A stretch of DNA of 32,000 nt from Synechococcus sp. A15-24 (GTDB lineage Bacteria; Cyanobacteriota; Cyanobacteriia; PCC-6307; Cyanobiaceae): positions 510,001-542,000 of the forward strand of contig NZ_CP047960.1 in NCBI RefSeq assembly GCF_014280195.1. The letters are read 5' to 3'. The notes beneath the pieces are model-generated. The model was not told the DNA's origin and searched no databases. It was given only the letters and a program-made list of their open reading frames with translations. Of this stretch, positions 18,805 to 25,193 are shown in pieces (the stretch's first letter is position 1; each line of letters starts with the position of its first letter). A program made the position numbers and the translations under genes.

Positions 18805-19204
18805 TCACCTGCACCATCGCTCCATAGCGGCTCAGGGTCTGATCACAACTCAGCAGCTCGATCTGCTCGTGCTGAGCCTGAGCGATCAGCAACCGATCAA
18901 AGGGATCTTTGTGGTGCCAGGGCAGGTTCTGAACCGCCAGGCAGTGATCCGTTTGGATGGGCAATTCATCGAATCCTTGCCGTTGGAGCTGATGGCGTAA
19001 TTCAGCAGCATCGAAGCGAAAGTCGGGCCGGTTGAGCGAGCGTTTGATCGCCACCTCCCAGAGGCTGACAACACTCACGACAAAGCGTTGTTGCCTGTCT
19101 TCCAGGTCAGGAATCAGCGCCGGTGGCAGATGTTCCGGCGCAAAGGCCATCCAGATCAGCAGCTGCGTGTCGAGCAGACGTGGCGCTGCTGAGCGGCTGA
19201 CCAT
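18794..19204 (-). CDS. vapC: PIN-domain type II toxin VapC
   Basis: LLDTQLLIW...[11 protein letters not shown]...[13 protein letters not shown]...[11 protein letters not shown] signature. The reading frame is intact. Its 3' end overlaps the tyrS 3' end by 11 nt. Confidence 0.88.
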   Translation of the reverse strand: MVSRSAAPRLLDTQLLIWMAFAPEHLPPALIPDLEDRQQRFVVSVVSLWEVAIKRSLNRPDFRFDAAELRHQLQRQGFDELPIQTDHCLAVQNLPWHHKDPFDRLLIAQAQHEQIELLSCDQTLSRYGAMVQVIKR

Positions 19205-19431
19205 CAGCTGAACATGGCGTTGATGTCGTCGCTGAAGTCGCCTTTCACATCAGCGGTGGCGATGCCCTGGTTGCGCATGAACCCCAGCTGACGTCGACGC
19301 GGTGTGGTGTCCACAGGCACCAGTTTCACAAGAGGTTTGCCGGCACGAGCAATCACGACCTCATCGCCATCGAGGGCCTGCTCGACGTAACGGGAGAGGT
19401 TGGTCTTGGCGTCGTGGAGATTCACCTGCAT
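19204..19431 (-). CDS. vapB: Phd/YefM-type antitoxin partner of VapC
   Basis: MQVNLHDAKTNLSRYVEQALDGDEVVIARAGKPLVKLVPV is a typical prevent-host-death N-terminal domain. TGATG overlap with vapC. Confidence 0.85.
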   Translation of the reverse strand: MQVNLHDAKTNLSRYVEQALDGDEVVIARAGKPLVKLVPVDTTPRRRQLGFMRNQGIATADVKGDFSDDINAMFS

Positions 19432-19440
19432 GCAGGCAAC

Positions 19441-19460
19441 TTAGCCGGCCAATTAGCTAA
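19441..19460. promoter_or_regulatory. Candidate vapBC operator: TTAGCCGGCCAA followed by the perfect palindrome TTAGCTAA
   Basis: It lies 10-29 nt upstream of the vapB ATG (minus strand). TTAGCTAA is self-complementary. TTAGCCGGCCAA is an imperfect palindrome sharing the TTAGC half-site. Confidence 0.35.
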
Positions 19461-19510
19461 GTCCTCCAGATGCCGGCGGGACAGGATGGACTCCGGATCA
19501 ACCGCTTGCT

Positions 19511-20257
19511 TTGGCTCCGTCGCTCGCTTCTGGCCCCGCCGATCGGATCATCGTGGCCCTTGATGGCATGGATCCAGAGCAGGCGCTGAGGTTTGCGGCT
19601 CAGGTGGACGGACTGCGCTGGGTGAAGGTGGGCCTGGAGCTGTTTGTGCAGGCCGGCCCAGAGGTGGTGGCCCGGCTGCGGGAGCAGGGGTTGCGGGTGT
19701 TCCTGGATCTCAAATTTCACGACATCCCCGCGACGAAGGCGGGGGCCTGCCGGCGGGCGGCGGCGTTGGGGGCGGAGCTGATCACGGTGCATGCCTGCGC
19801 CGGCAGTGAAGCGCTCAAGACAGCCCAGGCCGCGGCGGTGGAGGGGGCCCAGAGTGCAGGGGTGCCCACACCAACTCTGCTGGCGGTGACGGTGCTCACC
19901 AGTTGGGAGGAGCAGCGACTGCAACGGGAACTCGCCATTCAGCAATCCATTGGCGAGCGGGTGGCGGCGTTGGCGCAGCTGTCTGCAACAGCGGGCATCG
20001 GCGGTTGCGTCTGTTCGCCGCTGGAGGCCGCAGCGTTGCGGGCCCAGCACCCTGTGCCGTTTGCTCTGGTCACGCCGGGGATTCGCCCCAAAGGTGTTGC
20101 GGTGGGCGATCAGGCCCGGGTGATGGGACCTGCTGAAGCGATCGCGGCCGGCGCGAGCCAGCTAGTGATAGGCCGTCCAATCACCAACGCGGAAGATCCC
20201 TGCGCTGCGTTTGCGGGCTGTTGCGCCCAGTTACAGGGATTGATTGATGCGCATTAA
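19511..20257 (+). CDS. pyrF: Orotidine 5'-phosphate decarboxylase
   Basis: IIVALDG...VKVGLELF...[10 protein letters not shown]...QLVIGRPI motifs. The only in-frame start I can find is TTG at 19511, so the start is uncertain. Confidence 0.9.
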   Translation: MAPSLASGPADRIIVALDGMDPEQALRFAAQVDGLRWVKVGLELFVQAGPEVVARLREQGLRVFLDLKFHDIPATKAGACRRAAALGAELITVHACAGSEALKTAQAAAVEGAQSAGVPTPTLLAVTVLTSWEEQRLQRELAIQQSIGERVAALAQLSATAGIGGCVCSPLEAAALRAQHPVPFALVTPGIRPKGVAVGDQARVMGPAEAIAAGASQLVIGRPITNAEDPCAAFAGCCAQLQGLIDAH

Positions 20258-20266
20258 TTTGCGCAT
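20247..20266. promoter_or_regulatory. Inverted repeat ATGCGCA-TTAATT-TGCGCAT spanning the pyrF stop, 5 nt upstream of the antitoxin ATG
   Basis: 7-bp perfect arms at 20247-20253 and 20260-20266. Candidate operator for the downstream antitoxin, or a pyrF 3' hairpin. Confidence 0.35.
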
Positions 20267-20270
20267 AGAC

Positions 20271-20525
20271 ATGAGTTCTGTGGTGCGCACAACGCTGGAG
20301 TTGCCTGATCCGCTGCTTGCACGCTTGAAAGCCAGAGCTGCGTTGAAGCAGGTGAGCCTGAAGCAATTGCTTCAAGACTTTGTGGAGCAGGGGCTTGATG
20401 CCAGCGGTGCTGCAGCCTCATCGGTCCGTCGTTTTGTGCATGATTTGCCGAAACTTCAAGCGCCTTTACAACAGCAGGGCATCACCTTCAGTAATGCAGG
20501 TTTATTTGAGCTGCTTGAACCTTGA
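20271..20525 (+). CDS. Antitoxin (VapB-like, probable ribbon-helix-helix) of the decayed VapC
   Basis: MSSVVRTTLELPDPLLARLKARAALKQVSLKQLLQDFVEQGL is a typical N-terminal RHH-like DNA-binding segment. Its stop overlaps the TTG of the following PIN ORF (TTGA). Confidence 0.7.
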   Translation: MSSVVRTTLELPDPLLARLKARAALKQVSLKQLLQDFVEQGLDASGAAASSVRRFVHDLPKLQAPLQQQGITFSNAGLFELLEP

Positions 20526-21007
20526 GCCCCACCGCTGATCTGCCGGATCTCAATGTGTGGTTGGCGTTGGCATCGCCGAATCACAAGCATCACTCCAGTG
20601 CCGTGCAGTACCGGGAGAAGTAGTCGTCTCAAAAGGTGTTGTTCTGCACGACAACTGCTCTGGGTCTGGTTCGGTTGGTGATGCAGCCCAAGGTGATGGG
20701 TGGCGCTGCTTTGATGGCAGCAGATGCCTCAGCCCTGCTTAAGACATTTCTGCAGCAACCTGGGGTCAGTCATGCACAACCCACCAGTGATGGCTGGGAT
20801 GTTTTTCATCTGTTGATGCGCCAAGAGGACCTGACCCCAAGGTTGTGCACGGATGCCCACTTGGCGGCACTCGCGATCACGAACCAATGAAGATTGGTCA
20901 GTTTCGATCGAGACTTTCAACTGTTTTCTGGTCTGACCCTGCTCCAGCTCAGTTGGTTCGAGTTGCCCAAGATTCACCTTGATTGCCATCTCCCAACGCG
21001 AGGCTGA
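20522..21007 (+). pseudogene. vapC: PIN-domain VapC-family toxin with two in-frame stop codons (TAG 20621-20623, TGA 20888-20890)
   Basis: A single frame reads LSPTADLPDLNVWLALASPNHKHHSSAVQYREK * SSQKVLFCTTTALGLVRLV...LCTDAHLAALAITNQ * RLVSFDRDFQLFSGL... PIN motifs (DxNV, TDAHLAALA, SFDRDF) lie on both sides of the stops. No frameshift. Confidence 0.75.
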
Positions 21008-21016
21008 TCTGATCAC
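20954..21016 (-). other. Possible remnant of a second PIN toxin (about 21 codons)
   Basis: The minus-strand translation VIRSASRWEMAIKVNLGQLEP resembles the S.WE.AIK...G.L motif of the intact VapC at 18794-19204 ([21 protein letters not shown]). There is no N- or C-terminal continuation. Confidence 0.2.
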
Positions 21017-21055
21017 GCATCGCTCCAGGAGGCTTCAAACCTTTTTTCTGCTCAT

Positions 21056-21316
21056 TCATTCGTCGTAATGACTCGAGGGTCGCAGCACTTTCGCAACATG
21101 CTCTTCAGTTGGCCCCTCGACCACGAGACGGTTCTGGATGTTGAGCCGGCGCGAACAAGCGCCTTTCAGATCTCCCACCAATGCTTCATAGGGGGGAGGT
21201 TGTTGATAAGGATCCGCCTTGAGTAATGCGATTAAGCGCTCAGTTTTCGTTGTTAGGGCCGGCGAAGCACTCGCCAGCTTGCGGGCATCGTTCTGGGCTT
21301 GGCAGGTGAACAGCAT
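21056..21316 (-). CDS. yoeB: Txe/YoeB-family (RelE superfamily) toxin
   Basis: MLFTCQAQNDARKLASA...ALLKADPYQQPPPYEALVGDLKGACSRRLNIQNRLVV...KVLRPSSHYDE matches the YTKQAQKDAKKL...PPPYEKLVGDL...SRRINIQHRLVY...HYE pattern I recall for this family. The frame is intact. Confidence 0.8.
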   Translation of the reverse strand: MLFTCQAQNDARKLASASPALTTKTERLIALLKADPYQQPPPYEALVGDLKGACSRRLNIQNRLVVEGPTEEHVAKVLRPSSHYDE

Positions 21317-21325
21317 CCCGCCAGC

Positions 21326-21568
21326 TCACCAGCCGGGTTCCTCGCTCAGGTCGCTTGTTGGAGTTGCCATTCCGTCGACAATCGACTCCCGCATTCCTGG
21401 TATCGCCGTGAGATACAGCGTTTCTTGAATCGCGCGCCAATCGTCTTCCGACACCAGCACGGCATTGCTGCGTTTGCCGTGGATTTCGATTGGTGTATGC
21501 GATTCACCCACATCATCCACCAAGGCAAACAAGCGTTAGCGCGCCTCGGTTACGGAAATTGACGCCAT
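21326..21568 (-). pseudogene. yefM: Phd/YefM antitoxin with an in-frame TAA at codon 11 (21536-21538)
   Basis: From ATG 21568: MASISVTEAR * RLFALVDDVGESHTPIEIHGKRSNAVLVSEDDWRAIQETLYL... in one frame. The ORF track only reports the TTG-initiated part downstream of the stop. Confidence 0.75.
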
Positions 21569-21602
21569 GGGTAGCCGTCGACGTACAGGAAACGGCACGT
21601 GA

Positions 21603-22199
21603 TCAGGCCTTTTGCCCGATCTTGGGTTCCGTACCGGCGATAAGCCGTTCGATGTTGCTGCGATGGCGCCACAACACCATCAGGCTGGCCACCAACGACA
21701 CGAACACGTAGGCGCTGCTGCCGCCGGAGAGCAGCATCAGCAGCGGCAGGCCGATGGCGGCCACCACGCTGGAGAGCGACACGATCCGGAACACCGAGAT
21801 CACCGCCATGAACAACCCGAAGCAGGCCAGCCCCACCGGCCAGGCCAGCCCCAGGAACATCCCGAAGCCTGTGGCCACCGCCTTGCCGCCCTTCCAGCCC
21901 AGCCACACCGGCCAGATGTGACCGGCCAGGGCCGCCAGCCCCGCCAGCACCTGCAGCCAGTCACTGAGCCCGAAGGTTTTGGCCAACAGCACCGCCAGGG
22001 CTCCTTTGCCCAGATCGATCAGAAACACCACCAACGCTGGGCCCTTGCCCACATTGCGCAGCACGTTGGTGGCGCCGGTGCTGCGGGAGCCGCAGGTGCG
22101 CAGATCGATGCCCTTCAGCCAGCGGCCCGCCAAATAGCCACTGGGGGTGGACCCCAGCAGGTAGCCGATGGCCAGGAGCAGCAGGGCGGTGAGGATCAC
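21603..22199 (-). CDS. plsY: Glycerol-3-phosphate acyltransferase PlsY
   Basis: IGYLLGSTPSGYLAGRWLKGIDLRTCGSRSTGATNVLRNVG and ...GGKAVATGFG motifs. The GTG start overlaps the upstream stop (GTGA). Confidence 0.92.
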   Translation of the reverse strand: MILTALLLLAIGYLLGSTPSGYLAGRWLKGIDLRTCGSRSTGATNVLRNVGKGPALVVFLIDLGKGALAVLLAKTFGLSDWLQVLAGLAALAGHIWPVWLGWKGGKAVATGFGMFLGLAWPVGLACFGLFMAVISVFRIVSLSSVVAAIGLPLLMLLSGGSSAYVFVSLVASLMVLWRHRSNIERLIAGTEPKIGQKA

Positions 22200-23167
22200 A
22201 GCAGGTCGTCGTCGTCGAGGCGTTCACCCGGTCCGGCCGCGAAGGCCAGCCATAGGGGGAACTGAAGCACAGGGATGTCGACACTGCGTTCGGCCGCATC
22301 GATCAGGATCAGTGGCACTTCGCCTCGCTCCTCCAGCCGATCGGCCCGCTCCACGAGGGCTTCGGGGCGTTCGAACAGCACGATGCCGCTGCTGGGCCCG
22401 AAGTCTTCCCGGCCCAGGCCGAGGGCATCCTGCAGGCCACGCCGCCATTCCCCCAGCCGTTCGGGGCCGCCGGCCAGCACAAGGCACTGGAACTGGTCGC
22501 CGTAGAGCTCGCCGATGATGGCGATCAACGCCGCGCTGGCCAGGATGTTACGGGGGCGGGTGCCGCGGCTCGGCTGCGCGCCGCGTCCGCCTTGATTGAA
22601 GAACCAGTCCTCCAGCAGGGCGATGTCTTTGGCATCGACGCTGCGGCGCAGATTCCAGGGATCGGCATAGACATCCGGCTGCTTGAGGAAACGCTCCAGG
22701 GCGGCACGGATCAGATCTTCATCGGGGCGGAACGTGTCGGCCACCGCCGCTGCCGCTGCTGGTGCGGCTTCCGGGCCCGCTGAAGCCCTGTCGTTGTCGG
22801 CCTGCTGGTCCAATGGCGAGGGCTTCACCACCATTGGCTGCACCACCAGCTCCAGGTTTTCCACGCTCTGCACCAGGTCCTGCAGGGCGCCGCCTAGGTA
22901 CTCCTGGAAACCCTTCACGCGCCTGGCGATCGCATCGGACTGGCCAGCGAAGCTGGTTGTCAGTTCGCTCTCCAGCTGTTGCTTGCGCTTGGAGAGTTTG
23001 CTGATCTCTGCCTCCAGGGCGTCACGGCGTTGCTGCAGGTCCTTCAGCGCCAGCTCCATCACCGGGTTGGCCTCTGCTGGGGCTTCTGTCGGTAAAGGCT
23101 GGGCCTCGGGCTCTTGCGGGGTCAGGTCGTTGTCGTCAGACATTGCGTCAGCGGCCATGCGCTCCAT
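22196..23167 (-). CDS. Conserved cyanobacterial coiled-coil protein (tentatively DUF3086-like)
   Basis: 323-aa ORF with an acidic N-terminus, a heptad-like segment LKDLQQRRDALEAEISKLSKRKQQLESEL, and a conserved-looking C-terminal domain. A GGAGGG motif favours the start at the second ATG (23158). Confidence 0.6.
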   Translation of the reverse strand: MERMAADAMSDDNDLTPQEPEAQPLPTEAPAEANPVMELALKDLQQRRDALEAEISKLSKRKQQLESELTTSFAGQSDAIARRVKGFQEYLGGALQDLVQSVENLELVVQPMVVKPSPLDQQADNDRASAGPEAAPAAAAAVADTFRPDEDLIRAALERFLKQPDVYADPWNLRRSVDAKDIALLEDWFFNQGGRGAQPSRGTRPRNILASAALIAIIGELYGDQFQCLVLAGGPERLGEWRRGLQDALGLGREDFGPSSGIVLFERPEALVERADRLEERGEVPLILIDAAERSVDIPVLQFPLWLAFAAGPGERLDDDDLL

Positions 23168-23275
23168 CCCTCCATTCCAGCGGACGGAGCAACCGCCGCA
23201 ACATGGGGGCCAGCTGCTTGCTTAAGACTCACGATTTCGTGTAAAAATGTGATTTATATCTGCTAAATATCGTGC

Positions 23276-23668
23276 CTAAGGCGTAATGGTTGCCTGGGCG
23301 AATGCCATCACCTGCGAGGCGGCATTCCGTGCCTGCGCGCTGTCCTCGGCGTCGAAGCGATCGGCGGGTGCCTCGCTATCGCTTGGATAGCGCGTTTCAG
23401 TACTCATACGGCTCAACGCCTTGAGCCGCACAGTCCGGATGGGCGACACGTCGACCCCTCCTGCTTCCACACTGCCGACCTGGCGATCCAGCGCATGGCT
23501 GTAAGACGGCAGGGAGCCAAGCAAAATCAACAGGGCCTTCAGCGCTTTTTCAGCGGCCTGGCAGTAGTGGAAACAGGCCTGGCTGTGAAAGCCTTGTTGG
23601 GCGGTGAGTTCGGCCACGGCCCAATCGCTGTTGGCCTGGCGCATCCAGGCATTAACGCGAGGGGTCAT
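23276..23668 (-). CDS. HEPN-domain protein (toxin partner of an MNT-HEPN pair)
   Basis: MTPRVNAWMRQANSDWAVAELTAQQGFHSQACFHYCQAAEKALKALL...ETRYP is typical of the HEPN family. The ATG overlaps the MNT stop (ATGA at 23665-23668). Confidence 0.75.
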   Translation of the reverse strand: MTPRVNAWMRQANSDWAVAELTAQQGFHSQACFHYCQAAEKALKALLILLGSLPSYSHALDRQVGSVEAGGVDVSPIRTVRLKALSRMSTETRYPSDSEAPADRFDAEDSAQARNAASQVMAFAQATITP

Positions 23669-24006
23669 GGCTGGTTCAGGCGCAGGGCATCGCGGCCGAT
23701 GGCACTCCAGTAGGGGTCGTAGCCGTTGCGGCGCTCTTGCCATTCCAGCTCGGTTAACGCCAGCACGTCGTCGGCCATTCCCAGATCCAGCACCGCATCC
23801 GCCAGCTTGCTGGCTTGGCTGCGATTCGGGGCAACGGCCAGCACGTCCACATCCGAAAAGCCATCCCAGTCGCCCCGGGCCCAGGATCCGAACAGTCAGA
23901 GGCTCCCGCCGGGATGTTCAGCTAGCACGAGGCTTGCCTGCTGATGCAGCCCATTGAGCCGCTCTGCCTGCTTGCGGCGGCGAATGTCAGCAACCGCCAT
24001 GCCCAT
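23665..24006 (-). pseudogene. Minimal nucleotidyltransferase (MNT) antitoxin with an in-frame TGA at codon 37 (23896-23898)
   Basis: From ATG 24006: MGMAVADIRRRKQAERLNGLHQQASLVLAEHPGGSL * LFGSWARGDWDGFSDVDVLAVAPN... The stop sits immediately before the GS.ARG...D.D catalytic motif. Same frame throughout. Confidence 0.75.
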
Positions 24007-24045
24007 GATTCGACGCTATGGGCAGATCGACGGCACAGCAAGCGC

Positions 24046-24447
24046 TCAGTCAGCGTTGCTGGCCGGCACTTCCAGCGCACCCACCCGCAGCTCCAGTTGG
24101 TCCCGCAGCTGCTTTGGGCTGAACAGGATCGGCAGGAAATGGATGCTCTGGGTTTCGCGGAAATACAGCAGCCCGGGCAGCCAGGGGGCAAACAGCCGCC
24201 AGGTGAGCCATTGGTCGTAGGGGAAGCGGCGCAGCTCCCGGCTGTTCTGCCACACGATCAGGGCCCGCTCCTCAAACTCCAGCCTCAGGCTTGCAGTTTG
24301 AATCAGCAGAAACACCCCGAACAGCACCACCACCAGCGTGGGCCAGGGATGCAGCGGCAGTGGCAGCAGCGCAGCACCGAAGACCACCACCAGCAGCGGC
24401 AGCCGTGCATCCGGTTTCAGGGTGACGCTTGTGGGGGTTGAGCTCAT
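24046..24447 (-). CDS. Conserved membrane protein (possibly DUF3119-type, tentative)
   Basis: MSSTPTSVTLKPDARLPLLVVVFGAALLPLPLHPWPTLVVVLFGVFLLIQ... has two TM segments followed by a soluble domain. The ATG overlaps the mlaE-like stop (ATGA). Confidence 0.6.
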   Translation of the reverse strand: MSSTPTSVTLKPDARLPLLVVVFGAALLPLPLHPWPTLVVVLFGVFLLIQTASLRLEFEERALIVWQNSRELRRFPYDQWLTWRLFAPWLPGLLYFRETQSIHFLPILFSPKQLRDQLELRVGALEVPASNAD

Positions 24448-25193
24448 GCGCCGAACAGCACCTGGGTCAGAACGACATCCATGATCGCCACCAGGATCAG
24501 GATCATGACGACCGCACCGGTGGTGCTGGTGCCCACCTCCTTCGGGCCGCCTTTGGTCGTCAGTCCCCAGCCGCAGGCGATCACCGCGATGATCAGCCCA
24601 AATACCAGCGCCTTCACCAGCATGAAGGGCAGGTCCGTTGGATTCATCCAGGTGCGCACGGAGGTCCAGAACACCGCCGGTGGGATGTTGTAAAGCGCTG
24701 TGCTGGTGATCTGGCCGCTCCACACCGCCATCAGGAAGAAGAAGAAGCACTGCACCGGTGCCATCACCACCATGGCGATCATCCGCGGCACCACCAGGTA
24801 CTCCACCGGGTCGGTGCGCAGCATCGTGATCGCATCGATTTGCTCGGTCACCTTCATGGTGCCCAGCTGCGCTGCGTATGCGGTGGCCACCTTTCCCGCC
24901 AGCAGGCAGGAGGTGAGCAGTGGTGCAATCTCCCGGGCCAGGCCAATGGCCAGGATGCCGCCCACCGTTGATCCGGCCCCCTGGCGGGTGAGTTCGGCGG
25001 CCACCTGGATGTTGAACACCGAACCGGCGGCGATTGAGATGATCAGCACGATCAGCAGGCTGCCGGGACCCGCCTCCATCATCTGATCCTGCAGATCCAC
25101 GGTGTTGATCCGCCCCCGCAGGGTGGCCGTCACGGCCTGACCACCGATCAACAGGCTGGCGCCCAGTCGTTTCAGCCAGCGGGGTGAAGTCAT
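24444..25193 (-). CDS. mlaE: MlaE/YrbE/TGD1-family ABC transporter permease
   Basis: ...QMMEAGPGSLLIVLIISIAAGSVFNIQVAAELTRQGAGSTVGGILAIGLAREIAPLLTS...AAQLGTMKVTEQIDAI is typical of MlaE. I placed the start at ATG 25193, which overlaps the MFS stop. Confidence 0.82.
   Translation of the reverse strand: MTSPRWLKRLGASLLIGGQAVTATLRGRINTVDLQDQMMEAGPGSLLIVLIISIAAGSVFNIQVAAELTRQGAGSTVGGILAIGLAREIAPLLTSCLLAGKVATAYAAQLGTMKVTEQIDAITMLRTDPVEYLVVPRMIAMVVMAPVQCFFFFLMAVWSGQITSTALYNIPPAVFWTSVRTWMNPTDLPFMLVKALVFGLIIAVIACGWGLTTKGGPKEVGTSTTGAVVMILILVAIMDVVLTQVLFGA

Noticed and set aside
20557-20742. 61-aa ORF in an alternate frame inside the decayed vapC.
   Set aside because: It has no motif support. The PIN signatures are all in the frame that carries the two stops.
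21020-21055. T-run (CCTTTTTTCTG) after the decayed vapC as an intrinsic terminator.
   Set aside because: The preceding stem is only about 3 bp (AGG/CCT), which is not a convincing hairpin.
14703-23898. Programmed recoding (selenocysteine, pyrrolysine, or stop-codon reassignment/read-through) as the explanation for the in-frame stops.
   Set aside because: All three stop codons are involved, and the same codons terminate the core genes normally. I see no SECIS-like hairpin after the TGA codons. Nonsense mutation is the simpler reading.
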